Below, in pieces: positions 8,450-18,363 of a stretch of 64,000 nt of DNA. The notes under the pieces are model-generated. The model ran no database searches. It was given only the letters and a program-made list of their open reading frames with translations, and was not told the DNA's origin. The DNA is from an uncultured Flavobacterium sp. (GTDB lineage: Bacteria > Bacteroidota > Bacteroidia > Flavobacteriales > Flavobacteriaceae): the NCBI GenBank assembly GCA_964642945.1, contig CAZXRX010000005.1:12818-76817 (forward strand). Direction: 5' to 3'. Every line of letters starts with the position of its first letter. The stretch's first letter is position 1. The translations under genes and the position numbers were made by a program.

Positions 8450-9622
8450 ATGAAGAAAATCATTACCCTTAGCTTACTTTTACTCTTTCATTTCTCTTTT
8501 TCCCAAACCACCATTACCGGCACCATCAAAGACATGACTACCTCCTTGCCGGTAGAAAGCGTTTCGGTGGGTATTCAAGGCTCAAATGTGGGCACCATTT
8601 CGAACGAAGAAGGAAAATTCCGCATCACCCTTCCCGGAAAAACAAGCAGCATTACTTTCAGCCACCTTTACTACCAACCCGAAAATTATACCATCAAAAG
8701 CAACGAAACCGAAATTGAAATTTACCTGCAGCCCAAATCCTTTGTGCTGGACGAAGTCGTCATCGACCACAAACCCGGAAAAACACTATTGACCGATGCG
8801 GTTGCGGCCTCGAAAGCCAAACTCGAAAAATCGTTGTTGCTCAACACCTACTACCGTGAATTCGTAAAAGTCGACGGCAAATACACCTCGTATGCCGATG
8901 GGTTGGTAGATTATTACGTCAAACGCAAAAGCGGGGCTTCAGACCTTCAAGTCAAACAGAGCCGGGCTTTTGATATGAAAGACGAAAATGCCTCCGAACG
9001 GGAGAAAGCCATCCAGTCGGTCAACCTGAACGACGTACGCGAAGCTGTCACCCATGCCTACAACTTCAAAGGCGTTACCGAATTGTTGAAAAGCGATTAT
9101 TATTATTTCAATGTCGATACCAAAACCGAAGCCAACGGCAACAGCATTGAAGTCATCACGGTCGAGCCCAAGGAAAACCTCGAAGAAGAAATGTTATATG
9201 AAGGAACGGTCACCTATGACGCCAAAACCAAACTGATACTCGACATTGACCTGAAATTTTCTGAAGCCCACAAAAAATACAACGTGGTGCACAACATCCT
9301 GATTGCCAAAATCAAGTTCAACGATTTCCAACGCAAATCCAGTTTCAAAATCGACGGCGACAAATACATCATGACCTACAACCGCAACAAGATGAACGTT
9401 TACATCAAGTTCGGGAAGAAAATCAACAATACGTTTGAAAGCATTTGCGATGTTACGATGCTCGACTACAAAGAAGGCGAATACAAAATCGACAAGGAAA
9501 AAAGATACCGCGACAACAGCCTCTTTACCAACGGCAATCAATACACAGAAGAGTTCTGGAAAAAATATGATGTGAGGCTGCTCAGCGACTCCGAAGAAAA
9601 AATCATCAAAAACCTGAAATAA
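8450..9622 (+). CDS. Carboxypeptidase-like regulatory domain protein, secreted
   Basis: Signal peptide, G.IKD...P...VSV...GTISNEEGKF, LDEVVI; promoter box TACATTTG at 8420-8427. Confidence 0.75.
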   Translation: MKKIITLSLLLLFHFSFSQTTITGTIKDMTTSLPVESVSVGIQGSNVGTISNEEGKFRITLPGKTSSITFSHLYYQPENYTIKSNETEIEIYLQPKSFVLDEVVIDHKPGKTLLTDAVAASKAKLEKSLLLNTYYREFVKVDGKYTSYADGLVDYYVKRKSGASDLQVKQSRAFDMKDENASEREKAIQSVNLNDVREAVTHAYNFKGVTELLKSDYYYFNVDTKTEANGNSIEVITVEPKENLEEEMLYEGTVTYDAKTKLILDIDLKFSEAHKKYNVVHNILIAKIKFNDFQRKSSFKIDGDKYIMTYNRNKMNVYIKFGKKINNTFESICDVTMLDYKEGEYKIDKEKRYRDNSLFTNGNQYTEEFWKKYDVRLLSDSEEKIIKNLK

Positions 9623-10777
9623 TCAGTTTTTGGTTTCGGCACTGTATTTCATTTTCCTCAAAATCCGCATCACTTCCTTGAAATTAATGTAGGCTTCGGG
9701 TTGGGCGTATTGCTTGAGCAAGGGCTTGGTGTCAATAAGGTGCTGCTTGGCCTCCTCAAAACCGTTGAGGTAGCAAATCATCAGCGTAGACGGCAGGTTT
9801 TCAAGGTCTTTTTCCTCGCGTTCATTCAGTGCCAATCCTTTCTGCATTTTGGCAATCAACGACAAATTCGAGTTGTAAATGTGGAACATCATCTTGCGGT
9901 TGTACTGCGGCGGATCAAACAACATTTCCGTTTCAATTTTGTAATAGCCATTGTCAAAAAAGGTGATTTTCTGTTGCTCCAGCGGATAGTAACTCGTTTT
10001 GTCGTTCAACCCCAAAGGGACGTGCTCGGTAATGGTAAACGAATTGGCATCACGGTCAATGGTTACGACATCCTGGGCCGAATAAAATAACTTGATCTGT
10101 TCGTTGATCAGTTCAATGTCTACCCTTGACAAATAGGTCGTATCGCGTATTTTTTTCGGGATGCCCGCCCAGCAAATCACAAACAACTCCTTGAAAACCT
10201 GGTATTGCGAGGGCAGGTCTTTGTGGCGGTGGTTCACAAAATCCATCACGCCGTCGAGCGTATAGGCGATGCTGTTGCGCGAACTGTTCTCAATGCTCAG
10301 CACCGTTTCGAGGTTTTGCTTCGAATACGGGATTTTTTCTTCCGTCGGCATCGAATTGCTCCCCCTGCGCACAAAAGCGGTGTTGGCCAGAATGGTATGG
10401 ATGTTTTTCTTAAAATACGAAGTTTTTGACTTGGGCTTGATGGTCACTAACCCGACTACTTTCCCTTTCGGAAGGTTCGGGAACGGCACATTTTCATATT
10501 GTATTTTCGGCGGATTTTCCAGAAAGGCATTCACCAGGTTCTGGATGCGGCTGTCATCAAAAAAATCATCGCCGGTAATGTGGTTGTCCTGGTCTTCAAC
10601 GCCCACCACGATATACGAATTGTTCGAGGGGTTCGAATTCGACAAGGCACAGATGTGTTTGAGGAACTTGGCTTTGCCCTCCTTGGTGTGCAGGTTGAGC
10701 TGGCGTTTCTTGTCATAAAAACTGCTCTCATCGTTGTGAGCCAGTAAGTTTTTGATAAGCAGCCGTTTGTTGATCAT
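9623..10777 (-). CDS. Schlafen/AlbA_2-domain protein (DUF5929-like)
   Basis: N-terminal E...DKK...KHICALSN...YIVVGVED and FVRRGS pattern. Confidence 0.7.
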   Translation of the reverse strand: MINKRLLIKNLLAHNDESSFYDKKRQLNLHTKEGKAKFLKHICALSNSNPSNNSYIVVGVEDQDNHITGDDFFDDSRIQNLVNAFLENPPKIQYENVPFPNLPKGKVVGLVTIKPKSKTSYFKKNIHTILANTAFVRRGSNSMPTEEKIPYSKQNLETVLSIENSSRNSIAYTLDGVMDFVNHRHKDLPSQYQVFKELFVICWAGIPKKIRDTTYLSRVDIELINEQIKLFYSAQDVVTIDRDANSFTITEHVPLGLNDKTSYYPLEQQKITFFDNGYYKIETEMLFDPPQYNRKMMFHIYNSNLSLIAKMQKGLALNEREEKDLENLPSTLMICYLNGFEEAKQHLIDTKPLLKQYAQPEAYINFKEVMRILRKMKYSAETKN

Positions 10778-10782
10778 TTTTT

Positions 10783-10861
10783 GGTTGTCGGTTATCGGTT
10801 GTTGGTTGCCGGTAGCTAGTATATGAAAAATCCATCAACCGTCAACCATCAACCATCAACT
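10783..10861. repeat. 4x7-mer inverted-repeat element, family B (empty)
   Basis: GGTTGTC GGTTATC GGTTGTT GGTTGCC ... ATCAACC GTCAACC ATCAACC ATCAACT. Confidence 0.85.
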
Positions 10862-10865
10862 TTTT

Positions 10866-11735
10866 TCACGGTACCTTGTTGCCCATGCTTTCACTCCAGA
10901 GGGCAAACCAATCCAAGGTGTCCAAATCCAAAGTAACCGCCTTGTTGAGGGCCTGTATCCTGGCCGTATTAACGGTTCCTGCCACAGGGATGATGTTGGC
11001 CGGATGTTTCAGTATCCAGGCCAATAAAATCGTGTCTGAACCCACCCCGTATTTTTCTACCAATTGCACCAACAATTTTTTGAGTCGACGTGTTTGTTCG
11101 TTGTCTTCGCGGAACACATTCCCGAGCGGATTCCATGACATCGGCCTGATGCGGTGCAACTGCATATAATCGAGACTGCCGTCGGTCATGGCCTGGTGCT
11201 GGGTAGCCGAAAACTGGATTTGGTTGAAACTGATGTCTGTTTGTTGTCGCAGCAATTCCGTTTGGGAAGGGGTGAAATTCGACACCCCAAAATCGCGTAT
11301 TTTTCCTTTCGATTTCAAAAGTGAAACGGCTTCGGCTATTTCATCGGCCACCATAAGCGGGCTCGGACGGTGCAACAACAAAATATCGAGGTAGTCTGTT
11401 TGTAGGTTTTTGAGGGAATGGTCCACCGACCACAAAAGGTATTCCTTACTGTAATCGTAGTATTTGATTTTGTTGTTTCGGCCTTGGGTGTGCTGGATGC
11501 CGCATTTGGAGATGAACTGCACGTTTTCGCGGGCTGAGTTGCTTTGCGCAAAGGCTTTCCCGAATTCGGCTTCAGTGGTGTAACCGCCATAAATATCAGC
11601 ATGGTCAAACGATGAAATGCCGTTTTCGACACATAACCTGATGAGGTGTGTCATTTCGGTTGTGGAAAGGTTTTTTCCGGCCGCCCCCCAATTCATCGTT
11701 CCGGCAATTATGGGCGAAAGTAGCGTTTTTGTCAT
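10866..11735 (-). CDS. Aldo/keto reductase (YdhF-like)
   Basis: FDHADIYG, SKCGI, LLLHRP and GVSNF motifs. Confidence 0.9.
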   Translation of the reverse strand: MTKTLLSPIIAGTMNWGAAGKNLSTTEMTHLIRLCVENGISSFDHADIYGGYTTEAEFGKAFAQSNSARENVQFISKCGIQHTQGRNNKIKYYDYSKEYLLWSVDHSLKNLQTDYLDILLLHRPSPLMVADEIAEAVSLLKSKGKIRDFGVSNFTPSQTELLRQQTDISFNQIQFSATQHQAMTDGSLDYMQLHRIRPMSWNPLGNVFREDNEQTRRLKKLLVQLVEKYGVGSDTILLAWILKHPANIIPVAGTVNTARIQALNKAVTLDLDTLDWFALWSESMGNKVP

Positions 11736-11902
11736 GATTGTATTAAAAAACCTAAAATTACTAAAACAAAATCATAAATCATCCTTAAAAAGGCAGGGCC
11801 TATGTAAGTTTTAACGCATTATTAACATTCCAATCCTAATAAAATTTTCACTTTTGAAATGTTAAAATTCAGAACCTAACAAATACTGTAAAAATAGAAT
11901 TT

Positions 11903-12907
11903 ATGGAAGAAAATGTTGCTGCTTTAGACATCCGGGCAATCAATGAAAAAATAGAGCGTGAAAGTGCTTTTATTGACCTGCTGATGATGGAAATGAACAA
12001 AGTCATTGTGGGCCAGAAACACATGGTCGAACGTTTGCTTATCGGACTTTTGGGACAAGGGCACATTTTACTCGAAGGCGTTCCCGGCCTTGCAAAAACG
12101 CTGGCCATCAACACGCTGTCACAAGCCATCCACGGCAGTTTCAGCCGCATCCAGTTTACGCCCGATTTATTGCCTGCAGATGTCATCGGAACCATGATTT
12201 ACAACATCAAGGCCAATGAATTCTCCATCAAGAAAGGGCCGGTTTTTGCCAATTTCGTATTGGCAGACGAAATCAACCGTGCCCCGGCCAAAGTACAATC
12301 GGCTTTGTTGGAGGCTATGCAGGAAAAACAAGTCACCATTGGCGACACCACCTTCAAACTCGACAAGCCTTTTTTGGTATTGGCCACGCAAAACCCGATT
12401 GAGCAGGAAGGAACCTATCCGTTACCGGAAGCACAGGTTGACCGTTTCATGCTCAAAACCGTGATTGAATACCCGAAAATGGATGAAGAGCGGCTCGTTA
12501 TCCGACAGAACCTGGCCGGAGGCTATGAAAAAGTAAACCAGGTGGTTTCGGTCGATCAGATTCTCAGGGCCCAGGAAGCCATCCGCGAAGTATACATGGA
12601 CGAAAAAATCGAGAAGTACATCCTCGACATCATTTTTGCCACCCGTTACCCTGAAAAATACAAACTCGAAAACCTCAAACCGCTAATCACTTTTGGAGCC
12701 TCACCACGTGGAAGCATCAACCTGGCCACAGCCGCCAAATGTTATGCCTTCATCAAACGCCGTGGTTATGTAATTCCGGAAGACGTGCGCGCCGTAGTAC
12801 ACGATGTATTGCGCCACAGGATTGGTATTTCGTATGAAGCCGAGGCAGAAAACATCACTTCTGTTGACATCATCAACAAAATCGTAAACGAAATCGAAGT
12901 GCCTTAA
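11903..12907 (+). CDS. moxR: MoxR-family AAA+ ATPase
   Basis: EGVPGLAKT, RIQFTPDLLPAD, DEINRAP and ATQNPIEQEGTYPLPEAQ.DRF. Confidence 0.93.
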   Translation: MEENVAALDIRAINEKIERESAFIDLLMMEMNKVIVGQKHMVERLLIGLLGQGHILLEGVPGLAKTLAINTLSQAIHGSFSRIQFTPDLLPADVIGTMIYNIKANEFSIKKGPVFANFVLADEINRAPAKVQSALLEAMQEKQVTIGDTTFKLDKPFLVLATQNPIEQEGTYPLPEAQVDRFMLKTVIEYPKMDEERLVIRQNLAGGYEKVNQVVSVDQILRAQEAIREVYMDEKIEKYILDIIFATRYPEKYKLENLKPLITFGASPRGSINLATAAKCYAFIKRRGYVIPEDVRAVVHDVLRHRIGISYEAEAENITSVDIINKIVNEIEVP

Positions 12908-12908
12908 T

Positions 12909-12974
12909 AGTTGATAGTTGATGGTTTATGATTGATGAATTTCCCCAGCAACCAACAACCAGCAACCGACAACC
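12909..12974. repeat. 4x7-mer inverted-repeat element, family B (empty)
   Basis: AGTTGAT AGTTGAT GGTTTAT GATTGAT ... AGCAACC AACAACC AGCAACC GACAACC. Confidence 0.85.
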
Positions 12975-12983
12975 AACTTAAAA

Positions 12984-13850
12984 ATGGAAACCAAAGACCT
13001 ACTCAAAAAAGTCCGTAAAATCGAAATCAAGACCCGAAGGTTGAGCGATCATATCTTTTCGGGCGAATACCATACGTCGTTCAAAGGGCGTGGTATGACT
13101 TTTTCGGAAGTGCGGCAGTACCAGTACGGCGATGACATCCGGGCGATTGACTGGAATGTCACGGCACGTTACAATGAGCCATACATCAAGGTTTTTGAGG
13201 AAGAACGTGAACTGACGATGATGCTGATGGTAGACATTTCGGGTTCGGAAAGTTTCGGGACCAAAAACCAGCTGAAAAGCGAAATCGTGACTGAAATTGC
13301 CGCGACCATGGCGTTTTCGGCTACCCAGAACAATGACAAAATCGGGTTGATTTTGTTCTCTGACCAGATTGAATTGTACATTCCGCCCAAAAAAGGAAAA
13401 TCGCATGTGTTGCGCATCATCCGAGAACTGATAGAATTTGAGCCCAAAAGCAAAAAAACCGATTTGTCGCAGGCCCTTAAATTTTTGTCGGCCACCCAAA
13501 AAAAGAAAGCCATTGTTTTTGTGATTTCTGATTTCATGGTCGAAGAAGATTACGAGAAAACCCTCAAAATTGCCGGGAAGAAGCACGACATCACCGGTGT
13601 GCGCGTCTATGACCTCCGCGAAGAAAAAATGCCGAATATCGGGATGGTTGAAATGGAAGATGCCGAAACAGGCGAAATCATGGTGGTCGATACCGGCTCC
13701 AAAACCATCCGCTTCAATTACGAAAAAAACTATCAGGAAAAAGTCGCCTATTTCAAGGATATTTTTTCCAGATGTGGCTCCGGCACAGTCAACACCAGGG
13801 TGGATGAAAGCTATGTCACCAAACTGCTGGGCTATTTTAAATCGCGATAA
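12984..13850 (+). CDS. DUF58 / VWA-like protein
   Basis: F.EVRQYQYGDDIRAIDWNVTAR, DISGS and ISDF; follows moxR. Confidence 0.9.
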   Translation: METKDLLKKVRKIEIKTRRLSDHIFSGEYHTSFKGRGMTFSEVRQYQYGDDIRAIDWNVTARYNEPYIKVFEEERELTMMLMVDISGSESFGTKNQLKSEIVTEIAATMAFSATQNNDKIGLILFSDQIELYIPPKKGKSHVLRIIRELIEFEPKSKKTDLSQALKFLSATQKKKAIVFVISDFMVEEDYEKTLKIAGKKHDITGVRVYDLREEKMPNIGMVEMEDAETGEIMVVDTGSKTIRFNYEKNYQEKVAYFKDIFSRCGSGTVNTRVDESYVTKLLGYFKSR

Positions 13851-13864
13851 CGCCCCAAAAACGA

Positions 13865-15496
13865 ATGAAACTCAAATTCCACATCCTCATTTATCTTTTT
13901 ACTGCGTCGATTTTTGCCCAAAAAGTCACGACCTCGGTAGACACGCCCAAAAACAAGATTGGGGCCGAGTTCAAACTGACGGTAAAAGCCACGGTGGGTG
14001 CGAAAGACAAAGTAGTTTTTCCGAAAGCCAAATCGATGGGAGCCCTTGAAGTGATTGAATCTTACAAAGTAGACACCATAAAAAACGGCAACAGTTACGA
14101 GCTAATCAAAAAATACGGCCTTACCCAATTTGATGCCGGAAAATATACCATCCCGAAGGTGCCCGTGCTAATCAATGGTAAACCGGTGTTTTCAGACAGC
14201 CTCAACATAGAGGTCAACGAAGTGAAAGTCGATACCTTGAAACAAAGGATGTATGACATCAAAAACATAGCCACAGCACAAAGCGACAGCAATTGGTGGA
14301 AATACCTCCTCGGCTTATTGTTGTTGGCTGCGTTGGCTGCGTTGGGCTATTGGTGGTACAAAAAGCGTCCGAAAAAAGAGAAACCACAGGAAATTGTTTT
14401 CACTTCCCCCATCGAAAAAGCCACGACTTTGTTGCAGCAGCTCGAATCAAAAGGACTTTGGCAGAAAGGTGAGGTCAAATCCTATTATTCAGAATTGACC
14501 GATATTGCGCGAACCTACATTGAGGAAGAAATCAAAATTCCGGCCATGGAAAGTACGACTTCAGAACTTATTGTGAGCCTACGGAATACCGCCAAAAATA
14601 AAAAACTGAAGCTGTCAAAAGAGACCCTTGAAAATCTGGAGAAGGTTTTGATGCAGGCCGATTTGGTGAAATTCGCCAAGGTAAAACCACTTGATTACGA
14701 AATTGAGGAAGACAAAAAACGCATTTCCAGCTCGATTGTAACCATCCACAACTCCATTCCGGTAGTGGTAGATACTACTGACGAACTTGAGCAGTGGAAC
14801 GAAACACAAAAAGAACTTGCCCGTCTCAAAAAACTCAAAAAACAAAAACAAAAACGTTTGTTTACAGGTGTGGGTATTGCCCTCGGACTGATAGTAGGAA
14901 CTTTGGCTATTGCCATTGCCATCAAGGGCTGGCCTTTCGTCAAAGACAATCTATTTGGCAATCCGACCAAGGAATTGCTCGAAGGCGAATGGATTTACAG
15001 CGAATACGGCAATCCGGGCGTGAAAATCGAAACGCCGCAGGTGCTCAAAAGAATCGATGCCAATACTGTCATGCCCAAAAACACCCTGGCGCTCATGAAA
15101 GAAATGCAAATCTTCAGTTACGGCTCGATGTATGGCGATTTCTTTATTCAGGTGAGTACCCTCAAATATAAAAAAGAAACAGACATTGACCTGGAGAAAG
15201 CCATCGATGTAGCCATCACCCATTTCGAACAGGAAGGCGCGGCCAACATCATTGTCAAATCTGAAGAATTTGATACCCAGAAAGGCGTAAAAGGTAAGAA
15301 AGCCTATGGCACCCTGACCTCCTTTGACGCCTCAAAAACCAAGTCACAAAAAATGTATTATGAAGTGGCCTTGTTTGCCCAGGATGGCGGTTTGCAGCAA
15401 ATTGTCATCATGCACAAAGAAGAAGACGACTATGGTAAACAAGTCATGGAACGTGTATTGAACTCCATCGAACTCTTACAAGCAGAACAACCATGA
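13865..15496 (+). CDS. BatD-related membrane protein of the bat operon
   Basis: Signal peptide, TM helices, YYSELTDIARTYIE...AMESTT and ADLVKFAK; operon context. Confidence 0.65.
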   Translation: MKLKFHILIYLFTASIFAQKVTTSVDTPKNKIGAEFKLTVKATVGAKDKVVFPKAKSMGALEVIESYKVDTIKNGNSYELIKKYGLTQFDAGKYTIPKVPVLINGKPVFSDSLNIEVNEVKVDTLKQRMYDIKNIATAQSDSNWWKYLLGLLLLAALAALGYWWYKKRPKKEKPQEIVFTSPIEKATTLLQQLESKGLWQKGEVKSYYSELTDIARTYIEEEIKIPAMESTTSELIVSLRNTAKNKKLKLSKETLENLEKVLMQADLVKFAKVKPLDYEIEEDKKRISSSIVTIHNSIPVVVDTTDELEQWNETQKELARLKKLKKQKQKRLFTGVGIALGLIVGTLAIAIAIKGWPFVKDNLFGNPTKELLEGEWIYSEYGNPGVKIETPQVLKRIDANTVMPKNTLALMKEMQIFSYGSMYGDFFIQVSTLKYKKETDIDLEKAIDVAITHFEQEGAANIIVKSEEFDTQKGVKGKKAYGTLTSFDASKTKSQKMYYEVALFAQDGGLQQIVIMHKEEDDYGKQVMERVLNSIELLQAEQP

Positions 15497-16497
15497 TGAA
15501 CGGTATAACCTTTTTGAACCCTGAATTTTTCTGGCTGTTTTTACTGCTGCCCTTGGTCGTGGTATGGCAAATCTGGAAACGCCGCCAGTTATCGCCCACG
15601 CTTAAAATCAGTTCGTTATCCGGATTCAGGAAAAACACCTCTTGGCTGGCCCGGTTGAAACCCTACCTTTTCGTATTGCGTTTGCTCGCCCTGGCTTCAC
15701 TGATTGTTGCAATGGCGCGTCCGAGAACTGTTGACATCAGCAACCAGACCAAAACCACCAAGGGGATTGACATCGTCATGGCCATCGACGTTTCCGGGAG
15801 TATGCTCGCCAAAGATTTGAAACCCAACCGGATGGAAGCCCTGAAAGAAGTGGCAGTCAATTTTGTCGAAGGACGCCCGAACGACCGCATCGGGCTTGTG
15901 GTTTATGCAGCAGAAGCCTACACCAAAACACCTGTAACCAGTGACAAGGCCATTATTGAAGAAGCCATCAAAGGCATCAAATACGACAACGTCATCCAAG
16001 ACGGAACGGGCATCGGTATGGGGCTGACCACCGCCGTCAACCGCCTCAAAGACAGCAAGGCCAAAAGCAAGGTCATTATTTTATTGACAGATGGGGTAAA
16101 CAATGCCGGATTCATAGAACCCGAAACCGCTTCCCAGATTGCCCATGAATATGGCATCAAGGTCTACACTATTGGTATCGGAACCAACGGAATGGCTGAA
16201 TTTCCGTATGCCTATGCCCCCAACGGTGGCTTTTTGTTCAAGATGATGCCGGTGGAAATCGATGTTGATTTGCTCAAAACGATTTCAAGAAATACCGGCG
16301 GAAAATATTTCAGGGCCAACAGCAACAGCAAACTGGAATCCATCTATAACGAAATCAACAAACTCGAAACCACTGAAATAGAAGAGCTGAAGTTTTACGA
16401 TTATGATGAAAAATTCCGTCCGTTTGTCTGGATAGCGGGTATTTTATTGCTGGTGGAAATCGGAGCACGGAATACGGTTTTCAGAAGTTTTATATAA
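15493..16497 (+). CDS. batA: BatA VWA protein
   Basis: N-terminal TM helices, DVSGSM MIDAS, LLTDGVNN, KVYTIG. Confidence 0.88.
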   Translation: MMNGITFLNPEFFWLFLLLPLVVVWQIWKRRQLSPTLKISSLSGFRKNTSWLARLKPYLFVLRLLALASLIVAMARPRTVDISNQTKTTKGIDIVMAIDVSGSMLAKDLKPNRMEALKEVAVNFVEGRPNDRIGLVVYAAEAYTKTPVTSDKAIIEEAIKGIKYDNVIQDGTGIGMGLTTAVNRLKDSKAKSKVIILLTDGVNNAGFIEPETASQIAHEYGIKVYTIGIGTNGMAEFPYAYAPNGGFLFKMMPVEIDVDLLKTISRNTGGKYFRANSNSKLESIYNEINKLETTEIEELKFYDYDEKFRPFVWIAGILLLVEIGARNTVFRSFI

Positions 16498-16503
16498 AAG
16501 AAT

Positions 16504-17544
16504 ATGTACGAATTAGAAGAAAAAGGGTATCTGTATCTGTTGTTGGTAATTCCAATTCTGGTTTTGCTGTTCCTGTACGTGCAGTATTGGAAACGGAAAA
16601 AGCAACAGGCATTCGGCGACTTGGAACTGATTAAAAAACTCAGTCCGGAGCGTTCGTTCTTCAAACCTGTACTGAAAATCATCGTACTCCTTTTGGCGCT
16701 GGCCTGCCTCATCATGGGCTTGGTCAACCCGAAAATGGGCACGAAAATTGAAACCGTCAAACGCGAAGGCATCGATATTGTTTTTGCCATAGACGTTTCC
16801 AAAAGTATGTTGGCCGAAGACGTGGCACCGAACCGCCTGGAGAAGAGTAAGCAATTGGTTTCCCAACTCATCAACCAATTGGGCAGCGACCGCATCGGCA
16901 TCATAGCCTATTCGGGCAGTGCTTTTCCGGTTTTGCCGATTACCACCGATTACAGTGTAGCCAAGATGTTCCTGCAGGGCATGAACCCGAACATGATTTC
17001 AGCCCAGGGCACTTCTTTGGATGAAGCCATCAATATGGCGTCGACCACTTTCTTTGACAAAAAAGACAAAACCAATAAACTGCTCATTTTGATTTCGGAT
17101 GGCGAAGACCATTCCGAGAATGCCGAAGATGCGGCAGAAGAAGCCCAGAAAGCAGGACTTAAAATCATCACCATAGGCGTCGGAAGCGAAAAAGGCGGCC
17201 CCATTCCGCTCAAAAGGAACGGCATTGTAGAAAGTTTCCAGAAAGACCAGAATGGCGAAGTGGTCATCACCAAACGCAATGCTGAAATACTGCGCAACAT
17301 CGGTAAAAATTCAAAAGGTTATGTAGACGGAAACAATACCAAAAACGTGATTGATTTTGTCAAAAGCGCACTCGATAACATCCAGAAAACCGAATTTGAA
17401 GGCACCCAGACGGCCAATTTCCAATCGCAATTCCAATGGTTTTTGGGCTTTGGTTTTTTCCTGTTGCTGCTCGATGTATTCCTGTTGGAAAAACGCACCA
17501 AATGGGTACGGCAAATGAATTTATTTAATGAAAAAGACGAATGA
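16504..17544 (+). CDS. batB: BatB VWA protein
   Basis: DVSKSMLAED..PNRL, LPITTD and ISDGEDH; follows batA. Confidence 0.88.
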   Translation: MYELEEKGYLYLLLVIPILVLLFLYVQYWKRKKQQAFGDLELIKKLSPERSFFKPVLKIIVLLLALACLIMGLVNPKMGTKIETVKREGIDIVFAIDVSKSMLAEDVAPNRLEKSKQLVSQLINQLGSDRIGIIAYSGSAFPVLPITTDYSVAKMFLQGMNPNMISAQGTSLDEAINMASTTFFDKKDKTNKLLILISDGEDHSENAEDAAEEAQKAGLKIITIGVGSEKGGPIPLKRNGIVESFQKDQNGEVVITKRNAEILRNIGKNSKGYVDGNNTKNVIDFVKSALDNIQKTEFEGTQTANFQSQFQWFLGFGFFLLLLDVFLLEKRTKWVRQMNLFNEKDE

Positions 17545-18347
17545 AAAAGATACTCCTGTTTAGCGTATTTTTCTTTTACCTGGCCACTTTTGCCCAGGAT
17601 TCCGCTGTTGGGGGCAAAAAAGCGGTCAAAGACCAAACCCTGCCCAGAGGTAACGCGGCCTTTGAAGAAAAAAATTATGCCGAAGCCGAAGCCGATTACC
17701 GTATTTCGCAATCTAAATTTTCAAAAAACGCCAAGCCGTCCTACAATCTGGGTAATGCCATTTACAGGCAAAAACAGCCAGCCGAAGCCAAGTACCAGTT
17801 TGCCAAAGCCATCCGGAATGCCAAAACAAAACCCGAAAAACACCAGGCTTTCCATAACCTGGGCAACTGCCTGATGACTGAAAAAGATTATCAGGGCGCC
17901 GTGGATGCCTACAAAAATGCCTTGCGCAACAATCCGCAAGACGAGGAAACCCGCTACAATTATGCCCTGGCCAAATTGTACCTCAAAAACCATCCACCAA
18001 AAAAAGACGGTAAAAACAAAGACAAGGACAAAAAAGACGACAAAAAAGACGACAAAGACAAGGATAAGAACAAAGACAACCAAAACGATAAGGACAAAGA
18101 CAAGGATAAGAACAAAGACAAAAAAGACGACAAAGGCCAACCCGACAAAAACAAGGAAGGCGACAACGATAAAAACAAAAAAGACGACAAAGGGCAGGGA
18201 CAACCCAAGGAGAATCCGGGAGGGATGTCGAAACAGCGACTGGAAAGCCTGCTCGATGCCGTAAACAACGAAGAGAAAAAAGTACAGGACAAGGTCAATT
18301 TACAAAAAGTGAAGGCCAATCCGAAAAAAACAGACAAAGACTGGTAA
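17541..18347 (+). CDS. batC: BatC TPR protein with a Lys/Asp-rich linker
   Basis: YNLGNA and HNLGN TPR repeats, YKNALRNNP.D.ETRYN, C-terminal KDW. Confidence 0.85.
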   Translation: MKKILLFSVFFFYLATFAQDSAVGGKKAVKDQTLPRGNAAFEEKNYAEAEADYRISQSKFSKNAKPSYNLGNAIYRQKQPAEAKYQFAKAIRNAKTKPEKHQAFHNLGNCLMTEKDYQGAVDAYKNALRNNPQDEETRYNYALAKLYLKNHPPKKDGKNKDKDKKDDKKDDKDKDKNKDNQNDKDKDKDKNKDKKDDKGQPDKNKEGDNDKNKKDDKGQGQPKENPGGMSKQRLESLLDAVNNEEKKVQDKVNLQKVKANPKKTDKDW

Positions 18348-18363
18348 TCAAGTACAATTGAAA

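Noticed and set aside
18000..18195. GACAAA/AAAGAC-rich tandem-like repeats
   Set aside because: They encode the Lys/Asp low-complexity linker of BatC. The antisense ORFs 17721-18203 and 17960-18337 are shadows of it.
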